Part shown: positions 50,563 through 60,823 of the stretch, one piece after another
Layout: each line of letters opens with the position of its first letter
How positions within the stretch are numbered: position 1 is the stretch's first letter
NCBI GenBank assembly: GCA_009859145.1
Contig: VRVR01000034.1
Coordinates: forward strand, 119,358 to 183,357
DNA: 64,000 nucleotides
Reading direction: 5' to 3'
Source of the DNA: Andalucia godoyi And28
Taxonomy: Eukaryota; Protista; Jakobida
Program-made: the position numbers and the translations under genes
The notes under the pieces: model-generated
Seen by the model: the letters and a program-made list of their open reading frames with translations, nothing else
Told to the model about the DNA's origin: nothing
The model's database searches: none

Positions 50563-51501
50563 TCAGACGTCTTCAAGACCGTCCAAAGTTCCAACAAATG
50601 GAAGAGCGTCGGAGACGAGCATTGATCGACCACGCGCTTCAAATCCTTTCCGAAACGCCAGCCGGCTGAATACGGTCCCAGCGTATGCTGCTTGAATCAT
50701 GGGGTGCAGCTGCAGAGCAGGATTCTCGCTGTGAGGAGAGCCCGCAGAGCGAATCGAGGCCCAAGCTGCGCAAGCGGCAATGCATCCTGAAAGCACATCG
50801 CCCTGGCCACCAACTCTCCTGGGAATTCCTTCCATTGTGTTCACGATGGTTTCGTTTCCGTTGGAACAACAGTCTTCTGTTCCCTTGCGGACAATGCACA
50901 CGCTGCCCAGCTTTACCGCAACCTCCGAAACAGTCTGAGCAGAGGAGCTGGCCTTATCCTCAGCATCGTACTTTGGTAGCACTGCCTTTGCTAATCTTGA
51001 GAACTCGACAGAATTCGGTGTGAGAATTGCATTTTCGTAGCCGCGGACGATCTCGAATTCGGAATTGATCAGCCATAAACCATCTGCATCTATGACTATG
51101 GGGATTGACAGGGTTTTTGCGTAGAGTATAGATTCTTTGGCCATGTCGAGCATGAATTGAGACCTTCCCATTCCAGGACCGATAACAAGCGCATGCAACC
51201 TGTCGATGATTGGTCGAACAACCGCCATTCCGTCCGACACCGAACCACCGTCCACCGAGCCCACAGGAATTACCATGAGATCCGGAGAATATGCCTTGAT
51301 CGGCACCGCAGCCTCTGCTGAACACAACACATAAGACAGATCACATCCCATTCGAAGCGCAGATATTGCAGAAAAGAACGGTGCACCTGTGTATTCAAGC
51401 GCTCCTCCGAGAACCGCAATCCGCCCATTCTGCCCTTTGTGCGAAGCTCCGTTCAGCGAGGGAATCAAACCGTGCACGATCCTCGACGTTGAGTGACGCA
51501 T
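50563..51501 (-). CDS. NAXD: ATP-dependent NAD(P)HX dehydratase
   Basis: HKGQNGRIAVLGGALEYTGAPFFS, IKAYSPDLMV, VIGPGMGR, VIDADGL, LTPNSVEF, RRVGGQGDVLSG. Confidence 0.95.
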   Translation of the reverse strand: MRHSTSRIVHGLIPSLNGASHKGQNGRIAVLGGALEYTGAPFFSAISALRMGCDLSYVLCSAEAAVPIKAYSPDLMVIPVGSVDGGSVSDGMAVVRPIIDRLHALVIGPGMGRSQFMLDMAKESILYAKTLSIPIVIDADGLWLINSEFEIVRGYENAILTPNSVEFSRLAKAVLPKYDAEDKASSSAQTVSEVAVKLGSVCIVRKGTEDCCSNGNETIVNTMEGIPRRVGGQGDVLSGCIAACAAWASIRSAGSPHSENPALQLHPMIQAAYAGTVFSRLAFRKGFEARGRSMLVSDALPFVGTLDGLEDV

Positions 51502-51915
51502 ATTTTGAAACTGACGACGCCGCAGTGCATAAAGAAAAGAGAGACAGAGAGATAGAGAGAGAACCCCGGGCAAGGAAAAGAAAAATGAATGGGTGAATGA
51601 AGAAACATGCGGGCTTGTGAGGCTTCGTTTTCGCTTCTGGAAACGGGCGCCAGTTTGGGCTTCCAGGTTTCAGTGGACGGTGTTGACGGATGTCGACACT
51701 GGAAGAACCACTCGGGCTAGGACTCGGGACGGGCATGTCTTCCAATGGAGGCAGCGGGAGAGGGTCTTTGGGAGGAGGGCAGTCCACACCTCGGGAGCAG
51801 TGATGGCGTGGTCTTTAATTCTTTGTGTTTTCTTTTCTTCTTATTTTGATCATTTGCCTATTTCTGGTGAAGGAAGAGAGGAAAATAGCGCTTTTTGAAA
51901 TAGTTGTTCCCGAAC

Positions 51916-53274
51916 ATGTCTTCGCCCACTCGGAACCCCTCTGCAACACCGAATGCGGAAGGTCGTCATCAGATTCTGTACGACATTCTGAGCAAAGTGG
52001 ACTTGCTGCTGGAAGAGCAGCGACGTGAACGAGAAATGCTGCGAGACGCCTCTTCTCAGCGATCTGCGAGGAAGCGCAGCCCAGCTGCTTCCTCTCGTTC
52101 TCAATATCGCCCAGACTCTGGTCCTGCTGGAAAGCAGCTGGACTTTGGAACCGCGGTGGAAGGGTCAAATGATTCGCATGGGCAGTTGCAGCAGTCGTCG
52201 CATTCATCCGCTTCATTCGCTGCGCCAAAAGGCTATGTATTGATTGAGGAGAAGGAGCTTGATGAAATGTTACTGCGTGTCGTTGCTTTGGAGGATCGGG
52301 TGAAAACGTATGAAGTCGAGCTGCGAAATGAGCGCTCGGAGTCTGAGCGTGCGTTGCAAGAAGCGCAGGAAGCCATTGTTGGCAGTCTCAAGGATCAGAA
52401 GAAGATTCTGGAGGAAAACAAGCGGCTCAAGGAACAGCTTGTGGAATCGTTGAATCTCAATGCCCGCCTTCACGAATTGCTGGACATGGCGGTGAAGGAA
52501 CTGCAAGAGAAGGAGAAAACTGCTCCTCCTCCAGCGTCTTCTCCTCCGTCAAAATTAAGTCCGCCTCCGGTACCTAGTCGCCATGATCGCAGAGTAGGCT
52601 CTCCTCCTCCTGCCCCTCCTCAGCAAAAATCAAAACAGGCTGTCATTGTTCCCAGTGGGTCATCGGCATCGCAGTCCTCACCGCCCAGACGACCAACAAG
52701 TCCGCAGCGTGCAGAGCCGCAGCAGCGTCAGGTTGCGTCACAACCGGAAGATCCCGTCATGTCACAAGAAGACTATGAACGCTTTGTCGAACTTCAGCAG
52801 AAGCTTGCTGAACAGGAAAAGCAGCGGAATGCCGCAATGCAGCAGTTGGAGCAACTGGAACGCTTGAAGGAGATGTTGATGTTCCTCGGATCTGTGGATG
52901 CGGATCCGCAGGTATTGGACGCCCTTGCAAACGGAACGCTTGGCCCTTCGGCATCCTCTGGTCGTGGTGCTCAAATCCAAGACGTGAGCGATAGCCATAT
53001 GACGGATGGTAATGCGAACGCAATCATGATGCAGTCGCGTCACCAACAGCAATCGCAGGAGGAAGATGAGTATGAAGAGGAAACGGCCAATGGAAATGAA
53101 GAGTATGACGATGAGGTGGGAGTTCAGGATGAGCGCGAGGAACAGCTTCGCAGCAAGCTTGCTGAATTGGAGGCGCTCAATTCTGAACTTCAAAATCTAA
53201 TGCAAGATGAACGGTTCTTGGAAGCTTTAATGCAACAGCAGCAGCAGCAGCAACAAGGAAGTGATGATCAGTAA
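51916..53274 (+). CDS. Coiled-coil hypothetical protein
   Basis: Several E/Q/K-rich heptad regions separated by Pro/Ser-rich linkers. Confidence 0.7.
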   Translation: MSSPTRNPSATPNAEGRHQILYDILSKVDLLLEEQRREREMLRDASSQRSARKRSPAASSRSQYRPDSGPAGKQLDFGTAVEGSNDSHGQLQQSSHSSASFAAPKGYVLIEEKELDEMLLRVVALEDRVKTYEVELRNERSESERALQEAQEAIVGSLKDQKKILEENKRLKEQLVESLNLNARLHELLDMAVKELQEKEKTAPPPASSPPSKLSPPPVPSRHDRRVGSPPPAPPQQKSKQAVIVPSGSSASQSSPPRRPTSPQRAEPQQRQVASQPEDPVMSQEDYERFVELQQKLAEQEKQRNAAMQQLEQLERLKEMLMFLGSVDADPQVLDALANGTLGPSASSGRGAQIQDVSDSHMTDGNANAIMMQSRHQQQSQEEDEYEEETANGNEEYDDEVGVQDEREEQLRSKLAELEALNSELQNLMQDERFLEALMQQQQQQQQGSDDQ

Positions 53275-53416
53275 TAGCCATGTTGCCAGTCGCAATAAAC
53301 ATTTCTTTTTTTGTCTACACGACTTTCCGACGCGACGTCTGTCAGCACGTTGGAATATGATTCCTGTCTTCAGAAAGTTGCGTATACGGGAGAAGAAAAT
53401 AGGAAGAACACTCGCT

Positions 53417-55198
53417 TCAAGCTTGCGAAAGCGGACTCTGCAGCGCAAGGGGCAGCATCTGGATTACACTCTTTCGCAACGTCTCTAAACGCGTAACCAT
53501 CTCCATGTCGTTCCACGACTTGCAAGTATCCTGAAGGTCTGTAATGCGAAGGCACACGTCAATCTTTTGAACATCGGACTTGTTCAGGAACATGGAGCAC
53601 AGTCGATCAATGGAACATATTTCGAGAGTTGAAATAAGGAACGAGCGCCACATCATAATCAAAAATGACTCAAAAAGCTGCGTCTCAACGAACGACTCGT
53701 ACAACGCAAGAATGGCTTTTTCAGAGCCTTGTAACATTTTTTGATCGTATCCGTGCGTTTTCACATAAGCAAGGAATGTGTGGGAAGGGAAAATATTGTG
53801 CACTTCTGCACAAATCAGAATATCCAGGGATTTTGAATTCCAAATCTGCTGGAACGCGAGTTGCAGCGGGAGTAGAAATGCATTGGTCAACTGAGAGAAG
53901 TAGCGACGAAGAGTTGCAGAATTTGCGGCAACTGAAGCCGAAGAATGAGATCGGTCGTCCACAAGCGACGAAATGACGGACTTGTCAACTTGCAAAATAG
54001 GTTTCGAAGATGCGTTGAATCGCTTCTTAAAATCCTCAGTCAAGCTCAACCTCTTGTCTAATTTCTTCGGCGTTCGAAAAGGAGAAAAGGAAAACGACGA
54101 TGTCATAGAGTCGAATCGCTTGTGCGGTGTTTTCTTCGGTGTTTCCGAAGCAGCAGAATCCGAAGAACCTTGCTGTCCAAAATCTATTGACCCGTGGAAA
54201 CACCGAACATGCCAGTGTTTGGAATCCGATGAATCCGTGGAAGACGACAAGCCTTCCTGCATCCGAGGATCGTCTCCGAGAGACACGAAGTTCGGCCAAT
54301 CGGCAAAAGCCTTCGTAAAGAATGGATTGGTTGCCCCAACAACTGCATTATAAGAGCCTGAAACCCCAATTGACGACAAGGACTTGAATTCTGAGTCGTG
54401 GATGGTTGTGTACGGTCTGAGAATCCCTTGAAACCGCAAAGGAGAAATAATGGACACAATGGCAAACACGGCAGCAGAACTTTGATGAGGGGTTGGGGCA
54501 AGAACCCACAGCGGCTCTTCCCGAATCAGAATCTCCCATATGTGCCACAGATGCGGTGCATTTGCAGAACTGAACGCTTGGCCGATTTCACAGTCTTGGA
54601 ACGCAAACGAGCGGCCCGTTAAGAACGAATTTTGTTGCGAGTCTACATTAACGGAGAAGACGCTGTTATCAAAAACAGGTGTCCGATAAGCGAGGGAATG
54701 GCTGCCGATGCAGAGCTGAGGATAAGACGTATCGGATATCACATCGGGCCATGAGGCGATCTGCTCGGCGATTTCCCTGAACAAAACGTTGGCCAGCTGA
54801 CTGGCCTCCAGATCGTTGGACGATGAAGCGCGAATACGACGCACCACCTCGGATCCCACGACATGTGCCATCTCTCCAAGAAGGCGTACGAATGGAAATC
54901 GCGACACAATGCACACAGATCGCTGCGAATACCGTCGCTTCGATGTTGAATCAACATAGCGAAAAAAATGAACGCCGACAAAGTATCGACGAAATGTGCA
55001 GACATAGACAGACTCGACCTCAGAAGATGGAGATATGCATTCTGAACTAAATTCTGGAAGTCCGACGAATGCGAGTTCAGAAAGTGCGTCGGCCGCAAGA
55101 GCCTGGTCTGGATGCACGAGCTCCACTCGCTGTCCATCTTCAAGATGAAAATTCACAAGAGAAAAGCAAACAAACCATTTACGAGGAAGCTCTGGCAT
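53417..55198 (-). CDS. DENND6: DENN domain protein, DENND6/FAM116-like
   Basis: CFSLVNFHLEDGQRVELVHP, YSQRSVCIVSRFPF, LWHIWEILIREEP, RPYTTIHDSEF, VVGATNPFF, LRRYFSQLTNAFLLPL. Confidence 0.85.
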   Translation of the reverse strand: MPELPRKWFVCFSLVNFHLEDGQRVELVHPDQALAADALSELAFVGLPEFSSECISPSSEVESVYVCTFRRYFVGVHFFRYVDSTSKRRYSQRSVCIVSRFPFVRLLGEMAHVVGSEVVRRIRASSSNDLEASQLANVLFREIAEQIASWPDVISDTSYPQLCIGSHSLAYRTPVFDNSVFSVNVDSQQNSFLTGRSFAFQDCEIGQAFSSANAPHLWHIWEILIREEPLWVLAPTPHQSSAAVFAIVSIISPLRFQGILRPYTTIHDSEFKSLSSIGVSGSYNAVVGATNPFFTKAFADWPNFVSLGDDPRMQEGLSSSTDSSDSKHWHVRCFHGSIDFGQQGSSDSAASETPKKTPHKRFDSMTSSFSFSPFRTPKKLDKRLSLTEDFKKRFNASSKPILQVDKSVISSLVDDRSHSSASVAANSATLRRYFSQLTNAFLLPLQLAFQQIWNSKSLDILICAEVHNIFPSHTFLAYVKTHGYDQKMLQGSEKAILALYESFVETQLFESFLIMMWRSFLISTLEICSIDRLCSMFLNKSDVQKIDVCLRITDLQDTCKSWNDMEMVTRLETLRKSVIQMLPLALQSPLSQA

Positions 55199-55438
55199 GT
55201 AACTTCAATGGGCCGTACCTCTGAGTGGTGTACGTGCTTGCCTGCTGGTCAACGGCCTGTTACTGCTCGAAAAATCCAATCTCAAAAAAAATCCGTTTCC
55301 CGATCAAGAAGTCCATGCCAGACGACGCCTCCCAGATGGCTACTGTGTGCTTTCAAAAAGGAGAAATGGAAATGTGTGGTTCTGCCGGATTTTTTTATTT
55401 TCGAGTCAGGACCCAGAAGTTCAAAACTCACGACTCAG

Positions 55439-55871
55439 GAGCACCTACATTATACACTGAATATGCATATCTACGAATAGACATGCATATTCAATCCTGC
55501 ATCCCGTTGGCTGGAAGGGGATCGGCCCCAACACGCCTCACGGCGTTCTTCAGATAAATGTTCCGCGCTCCGTTCCCAATCTCGATCAATCGGTGAGCCA
55601 CTTTCTCAGCGTGACACGTTGTTCCTGAGAAGGGTGCATTTTGATTCTGACGGCCCTAGCAGCAGGCGCTTTCGTGTCCTCAGCTGCAGCGCGATTGATG
55701 CACCTGGAGATACGAGATCGTGTCTTGGAAGTTCGCCTCTTGGCAGTGCGCTGAACGAATGATAGATGACTACGCGTAAGCACGGATTCCTGTGAAGCAA
55801 ACGTGCTAGTGTCGGTCGGCTAGTATTGACCGTGTCTGTTTATGTATACTTCCGTATGCATGACAATGACG
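55439..55871 (-). mobile_element. Copy B: compact non-autonomous Fanzor derivative (5' region, N-terminal HTH fused to RuvC-III end, complete putative omegaRNA end)
   Basis: RAVRIKMHPSQEQRVTLRKWL (TnpB/IS605-OrfB N-terminal HTH) abuts IDRDW-NGARNIYLKN...RVGA, followed by a 16-bp UUCG hairpin and AGTGTATAATGTAGG. Confidence 0.88.
55458..55493 (-). ncRNA. 16-bp hairpin with UUCG loop in the putative omegaRNA scaffold
   Basis: UGAAUAUGCAUGUCUA-UUCG-UAGAUAUGCAUAUUCA. Fully paired (one G-U) on the minus strand only. Confidence 0.55.
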
Positions 55872-56065
55872 TGTTATTGTCCAGAGAGCGGCGTGCGTGC
55901 GTAGCCACACACGCAGCGTTCTCGTGAAGATCGTGTTTTTATTTTGTCGTCGCTCGAGCACTGCAGATGCTGACAGATCCGCGCACACGATCGGCATTTC
56001 CATGAAGCGACAAGGACAACCATCCTTCATGCTCTCCCTTCGCTGCTCAATGTTTTCAGTTGACG

Positions 56066-57163
56066 TCACATCGGACAGGCCTGGCTTGAAGAAGAAGGAG
56101 ACGAGGGAGAAGAGGGATGCAGACGGTTGATTTTGGCCTCTGAAACTAAAATGGAAAAATCGTCGTAATACAACCCCTTGCTGGTGTTCTTTCCATTTTG
56201 GGGAGCCCGACAAAGATCGGCAATTGCATCTGCCATGCCTTCGCAGTCAAGTGAGCCGTCTTTGCCAAGATATTGATACAAAATCTCGTTCACCTTCTCC
56301 CGGTGTACGTGTGGGTCGTTGCTATCTGACAGATGTTTCCACATTCCATCGCTTGCAAGTATGAGAAACACGAATTTGAAGTCGCGGACGTCCACCACAT
56401 GCACATCTGGTGTGGGAGATATCACTGGCTTGTCGGGAACAGCTTTGAATGCAAAATTTCCCATCGAACGGGACATATTGAGCATTGTGTGCTGCGGAAA
56501 GAGTTCTTCGTTGTTCTCCAATTCTGCTTGACTTCCCTCCCGAATCGCAATATAGCTACCTCCTGCCACAACTTCTCCGCCTGCTCGGATCGCTCTTCTT
56601 GTGTCTGCGTTGTTAACGTCTATGTCATGATCTTGAGATTCGAATACAACGCGGGCTCTTGGAAGGACCATCGGGCCTTCACTCCCAAATATCATAATCC
56701 GAGAGTCTCCGACTGTTGCTGCAAAAATCGTTGTGTCCCAAACCACTACTACAGAGGCTGTTGAACCCCCGTCATGCTTATGCAAATGGTCTGCGCTCAT
56801 CACGTACCTGTAGAAATCCGCATCCGACTTTAAGAACGCGTCCACAATGCACTGCTTCATCTTGGAAAGATCAGTCTGGACCGTCTCAAATTGCAACAGC
56901 GCGTTTTCAACCTTGTCCGTAAGATCTTTTGAGAACCATTCTGCGGCATGGTGACCCGGCTTGCCGTGGCCGTCGCAAACGGTGAAAATTCCCTTCAATC
57001 GCGGGGATTTTGGTCGGCTCTCGGTTGTCGCGTACACCTCTGATCCGACTCTTTGAAGAACACGGTCTTGGAAAGGGTGCTTTGATCTTTGGGATCCTCG
57101 CCGGGAAATGACAAGATTCGTCTGTTCGACTTTGTGCAAATCTGATACCTCTACCAATGCCAT
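56066..57163 (-). CDS. PP2C/PPM-type protein phosphatase
   Basis: FQDR, FTVCDGHG, GGSTASV, ATVGDSR, QDHD, MSRSMGN, ILASDGMW, DDFSI. Confidence 0.9.
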   Translation of the reverse strand: MALVEVSDLHKVEQTNLVISRRGSQRSKHPFQDRVLQRVGSEVYATTESRPKSPRLKGIFTVCDGHGKPGHHAAEWFSKDLTDKVENALLQFETVQTDLSKMKQCIVDAFLKSDADFYRYVMSADHLHKHDGGSTASVVVVWDTTIFAATVGDSRIMIFGSEGPMVLPRARVVFESQDHDIDVNNADTRRAIRAGGEVVAGGSYIAIREGSQAELENNEELFPQHTMLNMSRSMGNFAFKAVPDKPVISPTPDVHVVDVRDFKFVFLILASDGMWKHLSDSNDPHVHREKVNEILYQYLGKDGSLDCEGMADAIADLCRAPQNGKNTSKGLYYDDFSILVSEAKINRLHPSSPSSPSSSSQACPM

Positions 57164-57588
57164 TCGCTTCTTATCTACAATGAGTCCAGAATAACAAAAC
57201 ACAACCGAGAAGCAAGCGAAAGAATGTCCAAATGCACAAAACCGCACCCTCCTTTCTCCATCCATTTTCTCGCCTGTGCAACTTGTTGTATTCCACTGGA
57301 ACTGCTGCGTATAAGCAGACACGAATCGCAACTTGCTCTTCAACAAAAAACAAAAAAATTCCATTTATGTACAATTTTGAAATTTTTGCACTTCTTTTCT
57401 TTCCCCTCAGCAGAACGTGCACCGTTGACGCAAAGTGCCCTCACAAAAAAGGAATCCGAAGGAAAGAGGGTCAGAAGTGGTAAAGTGTAAGCGGAACACG
57501 ATAAAACAGAGATTTTGGATGAAACCGCGTGGTGATTGGATGCAGGCGGAAGCTGCATTTTCCAAACAAAACAAATAATCGGAAACCC

Positions 57589-58473
57589 TTAGACGAGCAG
57601 GTTTCTGTGAGGTTCGCAAACGGCTACAGGAGATTCGGGTCTATCTCCGTCCATGACGCACGAGGAAACCGGAGCAGAAACCTCTGAGTGCATTTCCTTT
57701 TGGAAAAGGTCCCACAGAGAATCCTTGGCAAGAGTGAGTTGTTCTCCGTCAATGCCAAAGACTCGTTCAAAATACGACGTCCAGAGCTCCATGTCGATCG
57801 GAAATCCGCACATTTGTAAAGACGCGGTGCACAGAAAGACAGCTGCTCCAATCACTGGAGTAGAATGCTGCGAAACAATAGCATGGCTGCAAAGAGCCAA
57901 GTCTGCGAAAAAGAGCACTGTGGCATTGACTCTGTGATCAAGCACGACATTCTCCAGCAACTGAAGAATCCGGTAGGTGATCGAGTGCGGAGACACAAAG
58001 GACTGCGCATTATAGACGTGCTTGCAAGTCCAAAGTGCATCAAGAACGCACAGCTCTGTGTCGCGCAATGCAATTTCACCAAACTGCTCAGAAGACGCCT
58101 GCACAAGTTGATCGATTGCAAGTGGCCGAGTTTCCTCGATCTTGGCAGAAATCAACAGAGATGCTGCTGCAGCTAGCATCGAAAATCGCTCCGAAACGAA
58201 AACATGAGTGCAGAAAGCGTCGAAGATGCTGACCGCACGGGCAAAAGTCTCGGAAGAAAACCCATAAGTCTCAGCAAGGTGAAGCATCCATCGAGTTGCA
58301 CTGTCTCGCACTGCGGAATCAAGTGAGACGACAACCGAAGATGTCTTCTTGCACCGCTGAAGAGCGTGCTTCAAGGACGAGGCAAGAGGCCGATCGTGGA
58401 CACGTGTGCAAAGCAAGTGTCTCGGAGAGGAGAATACATTCATTGCAGGAATGCTTTTTGCGTACATTGGCAA
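57589..58473 (-). CDS. Cyclin (cyclin box), subfamily unresolved
   Basis: RDSATRWMLHLAETYGFSSETFARAVSIFDAF...AAASLLISAKIEE...ELCVLDAL. Confidence 0.85.
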   Translation of the reverse strand: MPMYAKSIPAMNVFSSPRHLLCTRVHDRPLASSLKHALQRCKKTSSVVVSLDSAVRDSATRWMLHLAETYGFSSETFARAVSIFDAFCTHVFVSERFSMLAAAASLLISAKIEETRPLAIDQLVQASSEQFGEIALRDTELCVLDALWTCKHVYNAQSFVSPHSITYRILQLLENVVLDHRVNATVLFFADLALCSHAIVSQHSTPVIGAAVFLCTASLQMCGFPIDMELWTSYFERVFGIDGEQLTLAKDSLWDLFQKEMHSEVSAPVSSCVMDGDRPESPVAVCEPHRNLLV

Positions 58474-59994
58474 AAGTGGAACAAATACAAAAATGATAAA
58501 CAGAAATGTTACAAGAGATCACAGCGTCCTGAGGATACTTGGAGACAATGAATGGTAATGTTTTTTTTTAAAAAAAGAACTCTTGATTGACTCTTTCAAT
58601 CTTGCCTTTGATGTGGTTCGGCAGCAGCACTGCGTAGAGGAAACAGTATGGAGCACGGAACAAAAAAAAAGAAGCAAGACAAATAAGAGCAACAACAAAT
58701 CTCTCAAAAGAATTGGCTCCAAGAAGAAAACGAAACAGGAGAAGAGAAAGAAGGAGGAGGAGAGAAAAGAAAGAAAAAGACGCACGAGATGGGGCTGGCT
58801 GGCGCAGACCAGGGAACATGCGGGACGCGGGGCGAAACAATATCTCTGCCGGACATTTGAAATTCAGAGAAACCCTGGAGGGAAATGGAAATTCAAAGGG
58901 TTGATGGGTGCTGAAGTGCGCGGGATGGACTAAAGGAGTTATGTGCAAGGGCAATCACAAAAATGACAGCAGGATACTGAGCAAAAAGGAAGCGACAGGT
59001 GTCGAATCCAACTTTTTGGTCGGAGGAAACATTTTTGCAAGAAACTGCTTCGTGCACCATCCGCTCCGGTGCAGGGAGCTTGCCAGCGCTTCTTCATCCG
59101 ATCGGGAACTAAGAACTCCAAACTGTTTCCGTTCTGCTTCGGCAGATTCCTGAAAACTACGGAGCCGCAGGGCGGAATGCTGGGGTGGGAACCGGAAGCA
59201 AAACATCGAATCAGCAAGATGCCTCGCAGCAGCGGCATTTTTCACACCCCCCACACTTTGTGACTTTGCAGATAAATGGAGAATTTTCGAGGAGGGCTTA
59301 GTGCCTTTGCAGGGATGGGGAACTCCAGGAGCACAGCCCATCGCAGCGACGTAACCACAGCAAATGGAACCAACAAAGTCCTGTTCGGACGTTTTGGAAA
59401 TTCTTCCTGGCTGGAGACTGGGAAAAAACACCCCATCAAAAAACTCTGCATCCATGCAGCTCTCCTTTCGCTGTGCTACAAGAAAAGAAAAATACCACAC
59501 AAAAAAATATATTATTTTTAATTAAAAAAATCACCAAGGCTGTTGTTGTGTCTCGAACTGTTCCATTCAACAACAACAGCATCAAACAGAAAAGAGACTG
59601 AAATGGTGAGCACGGTCTGAGAAACGAGATGAAAAAAGGTGAGTTTGATCCATTCGTTAGCGAAGCCCCAAGCGGATATTCACTTCTGCAGACGCACTGC
59701 ACAAGCTATCAATCGCTTTTCAACGGTTCTTTTACTGTAATCCTCAGCTCTGGCTTGATTCGCAGCCTGGAAGAAGGATTGACATCTTCTTCGGACCAGG
59801 CATGTCCCGGAGCTGCCGTTTCAGATCTTTTCCGAGAATCAGCACCAAGCGTCTGCAAGAGTTGCTTCTAAGGTACTATGGGTATATTAATTCTCTGGGT
59901 GCCTGTTAAGCATCCCAATGTCATCAAACAAACGAGATGTACATCTATTATTATTTTTTGTCCAATGGGTGAAATGTAGCGCAACCTTTGACTT

Positions 59995-60600
59995 CTACAG
60001 CACACGCATTTTTCGCTGCACGTTGTCCAGTTCCTGACGACACACGAGAACACACAGTTGCACCTGCTTGATATTACCACTCCGAGATAGAAATTCGTAG
60101 GAAGTGCCATCTTCACAAGGAACTGACACTTCAACAACAAAACGACGAAGAGCATTTTCAATATCGTGCAGAAAAGGTCGTTGGTCGACAAGGAATCTTT
60201 CGTAGAGAAGAGTGAGCGCAGCACGCAGTTTACCGACAGACAGTCGGCATCCCCGAATGTGCGTTTGAAGCAAATCTCTCAGCTCTGCACACTTCTGGTG
60301 CACGATCTGAAGATGACAGGAAACGAAATGCACGTGAGACGCCATGAGCGACTCTTCACGAGAAGCCGACTCCCAGGTGTCGTCAATCCGCAGCCGGGAG
60401 AGTTCTGCTTCTTCCAGCTTCAGAACCACAACCAAAGCTGAATCACAACGCTCGGCGAGAATGTCACATGCGCGCCGAACTGAAGAAAACAGGTGATCCA
60501 TGAATAAATCACTGTCTTTCCAGAAGGCTTTCAATGCGCAAAAGAACATAAATTTAGGAACAACCACCCATAAATCTGCCATCAGAGGAGAGAGACGCAT
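59995..60600 (-). CDS. Hypothetical protein, probably one exon of a spliced gene
   Basis: 201-codon helical-looking ORF. Downstream intron-like DNA (ending CTTAACAG) and a short open frame at about 59700-59870 suggest further exons. Confidence 0.4.
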   Translation of the reverse strand: MRLSPLMADLWVVVPKFMFFCALKAFWKDSDLFMDHLFSSVRRACDILAERCDSALVVVLKLEEAELSRLRIDDTWESASREESLMASHVHFVSCHLQIVHQKCAELRDLLQTHIRGCRLSVGKLRAALTLLYERFLVDQRPFLHDIENALRRFVVEVSVPCEDGTSYEFLSRSGNIKQVQLCVLVCRQELDNVQRKMRVL

Positions 60601-60823
60601 TCAACGCCTCGAGAGTTGAGACTCAAGAATGAAAGAGTTTGACGACGCACTCAAGATGAATTTCGGAACCTCAACTGGGGAAGAAAGACCCCGCTGAAGG
60701 GAGGGGAAGGAACAACCGAATCGCAAATTCTTCCTTCCGCAGTTCTGCACTGGGCTTCATCGCAACTTCAGAGAAGATTGTCAAACTACGGGATATAAAC
60801 GTATATGGCGAATAGTTATTGAC

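Noticed and set aside
55400-55445. CGA(G/C)TCAGGA direct repeat beside copy B as a target-site duplication
   Set aside because: Both units are on the same side of the element, and IS607-type elements are not expected to create target-site duplications.
58900-59520. ORFs between the cyclin gene and the hypothetical gene at 59995
   Set aside because: Short overlapping frames on both strands with no motif; none could be supported.
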